Positions 37,301 to 52,057 of a stretch of DNA of 64,000 bases are shown one piece after another. The notes below the pieces were generated by a model. It was not told the origin of the DNA. It did no database searches and was given only the letters and a program-made list of their open reading frames with translations. The position numbers were made by a program, and so were the translations under genes. The DNA is from Octopus bimaculoides. Taxonomy: Eukaryota. Positions within the stretch are counted from its first letter, which is position 1; the number at the start of each line of letters is the position of its first letter. The stretch spans positions 15,157,209 to 15,221,208 of the forward strand of contig NC_068990.1 of the NCBI RefSeq assembly GCF_001194135.2, given 5' to 3'.

Positions 37301-40300
37301 ATTGAACATTCAGCTTACATTTCCTGGTTTGTTGTTTAGTCCTATCCTTGACAATGTACTTTGTTGTGAAACTTCCTGCTAAAAGATTTCCATGACTATC
37401 ACAGACTTATCAAATCCAGGTCAGCATGGATAAAATCCAAAACCTCATTGATTTTATTTCCATTTTTCCAAGGAAGTCAACATTACTTTGGTTAGAGCTC
37501 AAAGCTGGGGGAAGTAAAAAGATTTTCTCACATGTGCGAAGATGGGCATCAAACTAAATCTTCCTTTTCAGAAGTTTAAGACAGAAGGAAACAAAAAAAC
37601 TGAAGAACTGAGTAAATTATATTAACATTAAAATAAATTAGTATTTCCTACTTCAAGAAGTTCAGCTGAAAATTTTATTAAATACAAAATAATTTGTAGA
37701 ATAAAATCTAAACGGGGGGGAAAAAAAAAAAAAGACAATATCTTACATCTAAAACATAGCTTACAGAATCTTGATCTTGTTGTGAAGGCGTAGTTCTTGG
37801 TGTGTTGGAAAAATCTCTGAAGGAAACAAAAAAGAATTCTGTTAGGTCATAAAAGAATATAACATTTTTTTTTTTCCAGTTAAAATCTCCAGAAAATAAA
37901 AGAAAATATGATCCAGAAGTGAAATGTAAAAAATTAAAACTTTTTTGGTCAGATGTCAGAAATGCCAGTGTCTCCATAAGTCAAAACTAGTTCTGCATTT
38001 ACCCATGTACAGATGTTTTGAAGACCGACAGTTGCTCATGAATACAAGTTTTTTTTCTGTCTTGAATAACTTAGGCCAATACAGTTTAGCATCAGTGTTG
38101 TTACAAGTGTTGCAGTCAAAACAAAAAGGACCAGAACTAATATCATAAGTAATATTGTCCAACCCTTTAACTCTTCTAATCAACCCACAGCACTGAATCA
38201 ATATTTTTTTTAAATTGAAAAAAAAAAAAAAAGAAGGTTGATTTTGGTAGAATTTGCAGAGAATTAGAACAATTACTGTGAAATATTCTATCCTATGTGC
38301 TTAACACCCCTGCAGATTCACCACCTTAAATGTCTGAGATGAGTCCTGTTCAGTAAGAATTGTTTCTACGGTTAATCTCATTTTTGAAAATGAACTTTTT
38401 GGTTTTTGAGCACCAATGATCATGTCACGTCAAAGATCACAGGCGACGCTGTCACGTAAAAAGCACAGGCGACGCTGTCAGGTAAAAGGCACAGGCGACG
38501 CTGTCACGTAAAAGGCACAGGTGACGCTGTCACGCAAAAGGCACAGGCGACGCTGTCACGCAAAAGGCACAGGCGACGCTGTCACGCAAAAGGCACTCAT
38601 TACACTGTATAGTGGTTAGCATTAGGAAGGGCAGCCAGTTGTAGAACCATGCCAAAACAGATAACAGAGCCTGGTGCAGCTCCTGACAAAACATCTGATC
38701 CATACCGGCATAGAAAACTGACTATAAATGTACAATATATCTGTACTATATTTCAATTGGATCATCTCGATCATTATAAATTATTTTACTGAATGTGTAC
38801 AACGCTTTAGCTTAGAAATAAAAAGGTATGTAATTGTAATGCATTCAAAATGTACACAAGAAATATAATACCTGATAATGATCAGGGATCAAATCAATTG
38901 AAAATGTATTGTAAATGTTAAAAACCTATATTCAAAGGATCAAGGTTTAATTGCTTGGGAAAAATTTTTTTTTTATTATGGCATGAGATATGAAATCAAG
39001 GATTTGTGCATGTGATATAATAAACCAAATAATAAATTCTGTTAAATTAGAGGCAAATATCTGAAAAATTATGAATATTAGTAAAAAAAAAAAAAAAAAA
39101 ACTGAGCAAAATTGAATTGAGAGCAGAAAATATTAAGGAACAGCAATGGACTGAAATAATCTAAAGAATGAACAGACAAGATGGGAACTACATAACCCAT
39201 CTCAGAACAGTAACTAAATAAAAACTTACACAAGGTAGACGGGACACTAACCCTGTTACACAGAACTGATGCCAGCAGATCAATTAAACACATCCAGTTC
39301 ACACCATAATGTAGATGATCAAAAACGGAAGGCACCGAGCTGTATAAATTACACTTAAAATATAAATACAAATGATTATATACACAAGGAGATGGTCTGT
39401 TTGCTGTGTCCAACCCATACCAGCATGGAGAATGGCTGTTAAATGATGATTATGCCAGATGATGAAGGGCCCCAACAAGTGACATATGTTCAACTCTTGC
39501 CAGTAAGAAAAAACAATTGAATATGTTGGAATAATAGTTGGCTGTCAAAAGAAAACAGTGACTTCATCATTCCTTTGAATAATTCTTGATCATATTTTCT
39601 ATAAATGTATGACATTAATCCTTATCTTTTACCTCTATCAGTTACTCGCCAGCTGTCGCACTGGGGCACCACCTTGAAGGATTTTAGTCAGTAACAAATC
39701 AACACCAGTACTATTTTTTTAAGTACAGTACTTATTCTATCAGTCTCTTATCAAAACCATTAAGTTACAGAGACAGAACAAGCCAACACTGGCCATCATG
39801 TGGTGGAAGGGAGAGGACAAACAAAGCACAAAGACACACACACAACAGCCTTCCATAGTTTCTGCTTACCAAATATGCTCAGAAGGTATTGGTTGGCCTA
39901 GAACAATAGAAAACACTTGCCTGAAGTGCTACACAGTAAGACCGAATCTGAAACCACATGGCTGCAAAGTAAGTTTGCTAACCATAAAACTGAATATTTT
40001 TAGTGTCAGATGTAAATTTTCACAGTAGGCGTTTTGATATACAAAAACAAACCATTAACCAGCTACATCTGTAATGCAAGTGGTAAGGTTTAAATTCATG
40101 TTACATGGGCAATATCTAGCATCTCCAGTGCCACACTCAAATCAATATCTCAAATAATTTAATCAATATATATACCAAATCAAATCAATTTTTTAAAAGC
40201 AAAGGGTATGATAGTTTGTCAACATGATAGAATAAAGTCCATGTTTTAGCCATGAACTTCAGTAATCATGGTTTGACATTTCTTGAGTTAGTTTTAAGCA

Positions 40301-40484
40301 CATAAATACTAGGATAACTTGCAAAATATTTGTCTATTATTTGGCATACAAATCTGTTACAACTGTACAGCAAATCTGATATCATTTATGACACTAAAAA
40401 AACAATTATCTAAATCCAAATGTCTAAAAGTATTCACAAACTAATGATAAAATGACCATTTTAAAATGCCAGTTTATTTGAAAA

Positions 40485-40522
<38 letters not shown>

Positions 40523-43500
40523 CAGGATAAGCACAAATGGAAAACTTATGGGCTTTTCTTTTTGATCAGATATTAGGAGCTAAACAACAAAAACAGTAAG
40601 ACTAATTCAACCCCTGTGAGAGGATCATCTGGAACTCCAAAGAGAATTTTGCAAATCAAGAGCAGAGATCCAATTAGACCAACTCAACCAGAGCTATCAT
40701 TGCCAGTTCAGGGCTAAACAACAACAGGTGTGATAGCGAAGCTTACTTCACAACCACATGGTTTCAGATTTACTTCCATTGCACAACACTTTGAGCAAGA
40801 GTCTAGCCTCGAGTTGACCAGAGAGAACCTTATGAGTAAAGTTGGGAAATAGATGGAAATTGTGCAAAAGCTTGTTGGAAGAGCCATTACTGTTCTTGGG
40901 TGGCACACTTCTTAATTTGTTAATCTACCAGGTCCTTAGATGATTTTAATTGGTGTCCATTATTGCAACTATTCATTGAGTCCCTAAAAAGGGTCAAAAG
41001 TTTTCAGTGCTGTCATTTTAATCATCATAACAATTATACATGAAAATTAAAATTAATCTTACTCTGTAATTTCTTCTACAAATCCATTTTCACAGCGGGG
41101 ACATGTGAAATCCTAAAAATAAATTAAAGATAAACTTTTAATTTATGAAAAAGTATTTATAGGAATTACAGAAAACAAGTTTTTGTATCAAGTTAAAATT
41201 ATTTTTCACTTCAGCTTGAAATTGATTATTTTGGCAATTTTATTCAAGTGTCTTTCACATCACAACAGGAAAATTTAGAAAACCTATCAGTTTTGCAATA
41301 AAAAAAAAAAAACTTGTGAGCAAAAAAAAAAAAAAAAAAATNNNNNNNNNNCTGTTCTTTCAATAGAATACCCTTTTTTTTTTTTTTTTTTTAAATATAA
41401 AAATTTTAAATGGCTGCAATAATGTATTTTCATTAATTCAATCACACTTAAAAGAAAGAAAAAAATCTCCTCAGAAAAGAAACATTCTTTCATTATAATT
41501 TTGACTACTAATCCAATTGAAGTGACCTTGGTGAATTGTTAATGATACCACAAAATTCAAAACAAATTCATTAGGTATTATAATTTGGTTTATTATTGTA
41601 ATATTTAAACAAGAGTAACAACCTAAATATTTATAAGAAAAACAAACAGTGGTGAAATCTTTTTGAAAATGTTGCTTCCCAGCAAACCTTCAAACTACAT
41701 TTCTTGATCAAAATTAGCAAGTTTAATTTTAACATGAGAAATTTCCACAATACTTTTTTTTATGAGACCTAACACACTTTGTAATATTAAAACTCTTAGG
41801 TTATCATATCAAAACTGCCTAATCATTATAATGTCTGTGAAAACTGTCTACCTGTATTACATACTATCCGTAATCTACTCCCAAAACACTTCAGTAGCTC
41901 TACTTTGCATTGCTTGCAAACTTATGTTCTATGATCATTAAAGTGCAACGACCTCCACAATAACCAGCCTTCAATTTGGTTTTCCATTCCTAGGTTAATC
42001 AGAAACATAGATTGCTGTGCTACTCAAACTTTCTCAGCAGTTCAATTATTTGGTGAAAAAAATACCACAAAAGCAACATAAACCATCCAAAATATCAGGT
42101 GTATTAGCTAGTTTTTTTTTTATAAAAATTGATGAAGGTAGGCCATATAATTTTCTAAGTGAAAATTTTATTAATTTTCATTTAGAAAAAAAAAATTTCT
42201 TTCCATATTTTTATACCATAAGAAAGAAAAATTTTTCAAGAATTCAATATGGCCATTGCCAAATCTGGCAAGGAGATCATGAAGCACAAAGTTAATCAAA
42301 AGAGTACTACCACATATAGGATTAATGCCTACCAACATATTCCTGTGTGGCAAAAGCTGAAGTGGAACATGAATTCTAGATTTCAAATATCGAGTTTGAG
42401 CCAGAAATGGACAAGCTCATAAAGTAAACATATTTCTATGGAAAAATTCACTAAATTGAGCTACATAAGTTTTTTAGAGCCCAAAATTAGCACGGAATCA
42501 TATTGAGAATGTTATTTTTTCACTTGCTGTTTTAATAGCATGTGGAGAGTGACGTCTACATTTTACCTAGCAGATGTTCTTGTAGAAGGAAATTTCGTTT
42601 TTCTTTGAGAATTATTAGTCAAATTTCGCATGTATATATATTTAACCTAACTTCTCGACTTATTTAATTGGAACTATCCAAACAATAGTCATCAATCTAC
42701 AAGAGAAGCTTTTTTTTTTTAACAATCTTTATTCTGAAAATCACCTGTTACTTTTGTTTTAAAATGAAAGATGTATGAACGTATATATGAAATTGACGTG
42801 TGTGTAGGTGTGTGGGAGAGAGAGAGAGAGAGAGAGAGAAAGAGTGTGCCACTTACACATGACAACACACGTTCACTCACTCATTCTCTCTCTCACACAC
42901 ACAAAAAGAGATGTATGCATATGTATTGATGTATGTACGTACACATGACAACACACCCTTTCACTCACTTACTCACTTTCTCTCTCTCACACACACACAT
43001 GTCCATACATCTTTCACTTTAAAAAAACGTAAAAAAATTTTTTTTACAGATATTTCTAAATAATTAAAATATTGTGTACATCAAAAAGTTGACTTTTTTT
43101 CTTAGAGAGCACAAAGACTGTGTGAGTATATATGTCACAGATAGTGGACATGTGTCTGTGTTGATTGATACGCCATGACATTCATTGTGTTGACATCACA
43201 GAAGCCATGCATTTTATATGTTAACAAATAACAAAAATTGTGTTTAATCGTTTAAATAGATGTCCAAATAATACAAAAATTGTGCTTAATAAATTTAAAT
43301 AGATGTCCAGAGGATACAAAAATTTCTACTGCACTGCCAAACATAAGTATGAAAACAAATATGTAAAAAAAGATAAAATATACTATCTCTGAGATATTTC
43401 GGGTACACAAAAACAACCCTAGAGTTTTAATATTATCAAGATGTGATTTTTCTTTTTTTCTTTCTGATTTTGAATACTGTTGGATAATTTGTGGTAGTGT

Positions 43501-46500
43501 TTACATTTTCATAAGTAGTGAAATTTTGGTGGTTTTGTTTTCTCTATGAGTTTGCAGTAAATTACAAATGTTTTTAATCCTAAAGCAAGGGATTAGTTTT
43601 CCAATTTTGTTTGTTTTGTAATCTTGGTCTACATGCAATTTTGAGAAAGGTACCAAGTGGTCATGGGAAGCACTAGAAACAGCTAAATTTCTCTTAAACT
43701 ACACACATTTTCATCTGAAAATATTTTTTTAAATGTCTTTTTTTTTTTTACCAAAAAGGCTTCTGTGGATGCCCTGATCCAAAACTCTCTTTATAGCCAT
43801 TTTTAATAGTCCATTAAAATTTATTTGAAATGATATCATGTCCCAAAATTCGAGTCCCTTTGGTTTGTACTTTTGGATTTAGCTAGGTTTGAAAAACACT
43901 GCAAAATTGACCATCTGCAACAGGTTTTGCATAAAAGTTTTAAAAACATGCAAAAAGAAAAAAAGTTTCATTTTCAAAATCCTGGAAAAAATAATTGCTA
44001 TCCTATGGACACTGTATAATCTGAAGATGATCATCACCTCAGTTTCAAAGATACAGCATCACAAATATGGCTAATTAGGCAAGATTTCAACCAATTTATA
44101 GACTATTCAAATTGTCCTATTTACTAAAATATTCATCTGAATTTCACAAATGAGGTATCAAAATATTTCTTTTTGGATGCTCTCTAAGAAAAGGTCGTAG
44201 TGATACATAATAATACTGTTGTCATATTCATAAGAATGTTTGGATGCGTAATGTGCGTGTGTAATTATACAGAGAAAAACAAAGGAAAGAGATGGGACAG
44301 CTTGAAAGGATGGTAGTTCATATTTTTTCCTTCTAATAAACTACTTCTTTTAAAAGACTTATCCATTTACCTATCTATCACTTTTTATTGCCATCTCTCA
44401 CCCAATACACAAGTAAATTTGACAACTCACAAGCATTGTCTACATGTTTCTTACAATCATTCCAGAAAACTAGTTGAATGATTATTTTCAACTGCTTCAC
44501 AATCTAAATTCCCTCCTTGATGGCAGTGTGCTTAATGAAAGTACACGATGTTAAAAACTTTATATGTACTTTGATTTATTAAAAGGTTTCTTTTATTTCA
44601 ATAATGTTACCTTCTTTTAATTCTTTCTTGCATATACACCTATATTTTAATGAAGCAAATCATTACTTACTCCAGACAAAGTAATGGGTCAAGCACTAGT
44701 TATTCTTAAGAGTCTAATACACTTGTAGCCTATCAAAAACCTGTCAAGAATTTTATGCCAAGTTTTGAAGTAATCTGACATTCTTTTTTTCTGTCATAAA
44801 AGAAGCCAAACTTGCAAAACCACACGCCAACCAACTGATACAAGATATGGATAACTCTGATCTTCAGTCTAGTAACCATATAAAAGACATCAGTTATTGA
44901 TCTCCATGTCATAGAATGAATGAACGATTAGAGCACGTGGTAATTAAGAATTCGGATGAGTAACACATTTGTGTGAAATTGTGTTCCAAATTTGGAAATG
45001 CTTTTATGGAAGCTTTTCATGTAACAGAACAGCCATAGGGAAGACTGAATTGTAGACAATACCATGAGTGATACTAGTATTTCAAATCCAAAGAACCAAA
45101 TACAATCCCTAACCTGAATGACCTTCCATAATAATAGAAGACAGTCACATTGTGAAAGTATATGCCATGGTATATGAAAATTGTCAACTGACTGTGTTGT
45201 TTCCAAGAAATAGGCTTCTGTAAAAGTCTGCAGACTAAAGAAAAATTAAGGTACATCATGTGGTCTCAAAATTGTGTCATAAACACAAAGCCACAGTCAT
45301 CCCAATCATGATGGAATCATAGGTGATGAAACAAGAGTATACACCCGTTTCAAAAGCAAACAAAAGCAGTCACATTGGATTGAATTATTGTCGCTATGAA
45401 ATTAGCCTTTAAACCAGCCACATCCAGCCCAAAATGTTTTACCTGTCTGATGTTCAAACTGGCCAGATTTGGTTTCTCACACACTTTACAATGTCATTCA
45501 AATCATAATCACATCATTGAAATCTAAAAGCTACAAGATAATGCATGCTTAATTCAAAACAATGTGAATTAATAAGTATTACATTTGACAAAGTAAACTG
45601 AATGCTAAAGGGTTAAATAAAAAAACAAAGAGTTGCTCAAATATGAGGCTTTGCTGATGATATATAATTGGAAAGGTGACCTTATAACACACTTTGTCCC
45701 ACATGGTCAGATCTATAAATAGATTTAAGGGGCAGCCATGTATCAATAGTAGAGGAAACTATTTTGAAAAAGACAAGGATAAATTTTAAGTTATGCAATA
45801 AACTAGTTTCTTTTCGGACAGACTTTATACTTGATCAGAAACTTAAGTTATGCAGCAATATATTACAACAGGTGTTACAGGCTTTGTTATAACATTAAAC
45901 TGTAGTTAATGACTTGTGAGCATAAATGTCTTTTTTTTTCTTTTCTCACAATTACAGACCAAGCTAAATGTTATTGTAACAATTTTTTTTTTTTAAGACA
46001 ATGTTTTGCAAGTGCATCGTCACCATCATTTTGGCATCCATTTTTCCATGCTAACATGGGTCAGACAAAATTTGGCAAGGCAAATTTTCTATGGCCAGGT
46101 GCCTTTCCTGTTGCCAACCTTCACCTGTTTCCATGAAAGATTAGAAACAAAATATATTGCTTGTATGACAGTGACATCTGCTTACAACTAACACATGATG
46201 TCAAAGAAACTGTAGTACACACACACACAAGCTTCATTCAGTTTCTGTCTACCAAACCCATTCACAAGACTTTGGTTGGCCCAAGACCATAGAAGACACT
46301 AGCCCAAAATACTATGCAGTGACACTGAACATGTAACCATGTGGTTGGAAAGCAAATTTCTTACTACACAAACTTTAAAACACTTAGCAAAAGTATTCTA
46401 AAAGTCAAAAGTAAAACTGCCAGATAAACAAAAAATTGCTAGATATTAGCTTTGAATGTCAGACAAGTAAAAATGCCAAGTTTAGTTTGCCATTCCTATT

Positions 46501-49500
46501 CAACTGATTGATATTTGAAGTTTAGTTTTGTAGTCTTAAACAAATTGATTAACAAAATACAATGTTCAAATTTTTTTCCCATATAAAGCAGTTCTTAATG
46601 CTAATATATTCAAGTGACAAATTCGATAACTACCATCAGTGTAATATCACCGAATTTATTTTTGTGGAAAAAAAAAAAAGAAAAAAAAAAAAATCAATAA
46701 TGCACAAGAAATTAACAAGCTAATAATCATTCAATTAGATATCAAATTTGATAAGATTGTAGTTGGCAACTTTTTGTAGATTTAGTTTCATAAATGCTGT
46801 ACACAACTTTCATCCAGTTACTGGGCTAAATTTCCAAAAATGTTGAACTATTCCAAAGTCATAGTTTGCTTGACTCTTGTTACAATATTTCTGTTGAAAT
46901 ACACTGCCTTTGAATCAGTTAATTTTTAACAAAGAATTTGGGGGAAAATAACCAACATTAAGCTGGTGTTTGGAACAATGGAAGTTAGTTTAGATCATTT
47001 TAAAATAGAAATGAGAGCAGTCACAGACAGATTGGTCTCAAAAGGGTTTAATACCAGGAAAACCTTCATGAAAAAAGAACCTGATGAACAATTTAATAGA
47101 TATTTGATTTTATTTGCTGCCATATCCTAAACAAAGCCAAAAGGAAAAATATACCTGGCTGTCTTCCAAGTGTTCATATTGTTTAACACCTGGTCAACAC
47201 TTTAGCATCTAGATTACTCTGTCAAATGTAAGATTTATTTGTTCACATAGTTTTAAGTTTATTATGCATTATCTAGTAGCTTTGCAATTTTGATGATGTG
47301 ATTGCTTAATTTTAGAACAACACTGCAGCATAGAGAAAAGAGGTCATATCTGACCACTGTGAACATAAAACAGAATATTTGGCCTCGATATGGCTGGCTT
47401 TAAATGCCAACAGGTTAAGCCAGATCAAGATCTGAAACAAATTGTCAAATAATAACTTGTATCTTTCTTAATAACAATTTAATTAGCAAACTAGAATTTA
47501 ATGCTTTCTTAAATCCATTTCCAAATAAGAAACAGACTGTGATTACATGTTTTTAAGCTTTTTGCATTCATAATTACTGTCAAATGTAATGCTTATTTAT
47601 TTACATGGCTTAGAATTATCATGCATAATCTCATAGCTTCAAGACTTCAACAATGTGATCATTTATTTTTAGAAGGACATTGTTGGGTAGGTGTGAGAGA
47701 CTGAATCTAGCCACTTTGAATGTAAAACAAGGTAGAATATTTTGGCCAGATATAGCTGGTTTAAATAGTAAGGAGTCAAAAGACATTACTGTAAAAAAAA
47801 ATGTTAATACATCAACACTTCCATACAACATTTTAAAAGTATTTTGTCAACATTACAATTCTGAAATTAAATCAAGAATTTCAAAGGTCTTGATTTAATC
47901 TACCTTATCTGGTGTTCGTATATAAAAGATTCTTATATATAATTATATATATANNNNNNNNNNNNNNNNNNNNNNNNNNNNNNNNNNNNNNNNNNNNNNN
48001 NNNNNNNNNNNNNNNNNNNNNNNNNNNNNNNNNNNNNNNNNNNNNNNNNNNNNNNNNNNNNNNNNNNNNNNNNNNNNNNNNNNNNNNNNNNNNNTATATA
48101 TAAATAAAGGTTATAATGGAATAACAGTCTAAATATAACACTAAAATAAACAGTTTGTATCATAGAACCTATAGAGGTACAGGCAGGATGTTATCACAAG
48201 AATAAAAGGATAAAAGAGTTGTGAGCCAATTGGTGAAAACTGACAGGATTAATACAAACGTTGATATATGTAAAAGTCTTAACAGCTTTTATTGGACAGT
48301 GCCATACTGGATATCTAGCAAAGTTACAAAGTAGTTAAAACAATGGACAACTAGTACAGTGCAGAAATGCATGAAAACTGTCTGTCTGTAAAGTTTGCAA
48401 AGAAGTATGTGCAGTATGCTGCAAGGAAAATTGAAGGTGCATAGGACTCACAAAATTTGTACTGAGCCTGCCGAGTGATAAAAAGAGAACTCAAGACTGT
48501 CAATTAGAAGGTTTGTGATAAAAGTTTCCATAAGTATTTGAATGATTACAGTGATGAAATGCCAGAGTGCAGCTATGTCAGCATAATGGTAGCCATGGCA
48601 GTGGGTTGGGTCAATCTCATCATGAAAAAAGGAAAAGCATTATGTAACTCAAAAGGTAAATGTTGTTAGTCTTTTTGATTGAAAGGGATTCAGTTAAACC
48701 ATAACTTAAAACGTTTTGGACATCTTGAAGGATTTCAAAGGTGCTAAATTGTGAAAGTAAAGAACTAGGAGTTGAACAAATAATACCCAAGGGCATTCCT
48801 GTTCCCAATATTAATCTAACTCTGAAAGATAGCCAATTTCAAACTACAAGAAAAACTTGGTAGCTCTTCACTGATGTTAATACTAAATGGTTCTGAATTC
48901 TGAGCAAGGTTATACAGGCAGACATTTTTGCAGATAGATTTCATGCATCTTGCACAGTGTTTAAAACATTTATTCTGGAATAAAGGAATGTGCTTGGCTG
49001 ATAGTTGCTCATAGAGAGCCATGAGTATCTTGTCACAAGGTAGCTGTGACTGCTGCTGACAGATTTAGCATTACCTGTTCATCACCAATCAGAATTTCAA
49101 TGCAAAATATTTCTCGTACAACTGTTTAATAACATTTTGTACAATTTGTCATTCAATGCCAAATTTAAGAGAGAGAGAAAAAAAAAACATACATTTACAT
49201 TTGTAATTGTTGAGTGGAGCTCTATCTACAACAGTATGGCTTTCACCTTTCTTCACATAGCATTCAGAAAGCTGACAGATTTCCTAAGTAGCTCCCCTAC
49301 CTAGTCTTATAATTTCTATTACTGTTAGTTTACATTAGTTTAAAACCCAGATCAAAATGGTGTGTGGCAAGATGTTTAACACAACTGACAAGGTCTTGTA
49401 GCAAACAATTTTTGAAAGACAATTTTTCAAGTGCACAACATAGCAGTTGTCATCTATTATCAAGCCTGCACCACATCGCCAACAAAACTTTCATTTTTTT

Positions 49501-52024
49501 TCTTCTCTACTTACAATGTATGCAGCATGGAAAGTGTGCAACATCAAGCCAATAAATCCATAAGCCCAAGTATTGTTCTTACATTGATTAGATGTTGGGC
49601 TAAAATATCAACATTTGTTCCTGCGCCAAGGAATGCAGAGGCTTGGGACTTCATTCCTAGTGAGTTTCCTTTACCAAGATAAAGGGAAATGATAAACATT
49701 TTCAAGGAGTCAAATGTAACATATCGAAGCAGATTTTCTATGGCCAAATACCTTTCTTGTTGCCAACCCTCACTCATTTCCAAGCAAGACATGTTCGTAT
49801 AAGTGATGCTCGTTTACAACTGCCATACTGTCAAGACAAGGAGACATATAACACACACACACACACACATACACACTGGACCTCTTTCAGGTTATCAAAT
49901 AAACTCACTCACAAAACTGAATAATCCAGAAAAATAGAAGACACTTGGTCAAGGTGCCACACAGGGAATTGAACCTAAAATCATATGGTTGGAAAACAAA
50001 TTTCTCAATCATACAGCCAAATATCAATAGCTAAAAAGAAGAAAATCTAAAATTAGAAGTAAAAAAGGTTATAAAATACAACTCCTCTTTCTAAACCATT
50101 AAAAGCTATATTAAGCTATCAGTTCCCATAATACTTATTTTAATAATGAATATATCTATTCTTCCAGAATTTATAAATAAAATTATATAGAAACAGAATT
50201 ATTTCTGCTAATATCAATACTAGTTTCTTATATTTGAAACATTTGATATTTGTCAATTAGTAATCAGGTAAATTAAGTAACATGTAATTTTTTTTTTTTT
50301 TCCCTCACAACTTCATAACTTTAACTGTTTTGCTCATTGCCCTATTATATTTATGCATCGTTGCTGGTGCCCCTGGACTGGCTCTTGTGCGGGTGACACA
50401 CGAGGTTTCTCGAGCGAGATGAGCGTGGCTGTTGCCAGTACCGCCTGACTGGCCTTCGTGCGGGTGACACGTAAAAGCACCCACTACACTCTCTGAGTGG
50501 TTGGCGTTAGGAAGGGCATCCAGCTGTGGAAACACTGCCAAATCAGATTGGAGCCTGGTGTAGCCATCTGGTTTCACCAGTCCTCAGTCAAATCGTCCAA
50601 CCCATGCTAGCATGGAAAGCGGACGTTAAACGATGAACGAACACNNNNNNNNNNNNNNNNNNNNNNNNNNNNNNNNNNNNNNNNNNNNNNNNNNNNNNNN
50701 NNNNNNNNNNNNNNNNNNNNNNNNNNNNNNNNNNNNNNNNNNNNNNNNNNNNNNNNNNNNNNNNNNNNNNNNNNNNNNNNNNNNNNNNNNNNNNNNNNNN
50801 NNNNNNNNNNNNNNNNNNNNNNNNNNNNNNNNNNNNNNNNNNNNNNNNNNNNNNNNNNNNNNNNNNNNNNNNNNNNNNNNNNNACTGGCTCTTGTGCGGG
50901 TGACACACGAGGTTTCTCGAGCGAGATGAGCGTGGCTGTTGCCAGTACCGCCTGACTGGCCTTCGTGCGGGTGACACGTAAAAGCACCCACTACACTCTC
51001 TGAGTGGTTGGCGTTAGGAAGGGCATCCAGCTGTAGAAACTCTGCCAAATTAGATTGGAGCCTGGTGTAGCCATCCGGTTGCACCAGTCCTCAGTCAATT
51101 CGTCCAACCCATGCTAGCATGGAAAGCGGACGTTAAACGATGAACGAACACACAAGGCTAACAATATTGCTTAGATTAGAAAAGAACTCCACATATTCTT
51201 GTAGCAGGATCCAAGGTCATAGTTCATCATTCTATATTGTAAATTCGTAGGTGTGCTCCAGTTATACTGAGTTTTTATACACACACACACAGTGATATAC
51301 AAGACAAGGTATAAATAATGGTCATCACATGTTTTTCTTTATTTCAGCAAATTTGACTTACAGCTCTTTCCAGTAGTCATTTACAAGTTTGTTATAACGT
51401 GTTTACTCAACTGGTCCATTGATCAGTTGAGAAATGAATGATGAAAGTAGCATTAATTTTTTTTAGGCCTTAAATTTTCTCAATTGATCAATGGAGCAAT
51501 GAAGTAAACCTATAAATAACGAACCAATAATGACTACTGGAAACAGTTGTAGGTCAGATTTACTGAAAAATATGTAATTATTCACACCTTGTCTTTATAT
51601 ATTATATGTATGTATGTATGTACGTACATGTGTATGTATGGCTTCAACAAATAGAATAGCACTGTTCGGCTAAGAGAGTAAAGATATAATAAAAACAACA
51701 AATAGCCTTGTGAAATAGAGCTACCCAGTTAAATGTCAACTGCTTTGAATGCAGCTGACAAACCATATTGTTCTTATCAGCTCAAAACACGGTATGGCAC
51801 ATAACAAAACACCATTTTGAGCATGGCTGTTGCCAGTGTCATGTAAATGGCACCCATGCCGGTGGCATGTAAAAGCACCCACTACTCTCGGAGTGGTTGG
51901 CGTTAGGAAGGGCATCCAGCTGTAGAAACTGCCAGATCAGATTGGAGCCTGGTGCAGCCATCCGGATCACCACTCCTCAGTCAAATCGTCCAACCCATGC
52001 TAGCATGGAAAGCGGATGTTAAAC

Positions 52025-52057
<33 letters not shown>

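Noticed and set aside
37956-38201. 81-aa Cys-containing ORF (FCFDCNTC) in intron 2
   Set aside because: No convincing splice sites or known motif spacing; length is within chance expectation
38438-38593. 26-bp repeat with an internal small palindrome, CRISPR-like in size
   Set aside because: No unique spacers; embedded in a family B repeat in a eukaryotic intron
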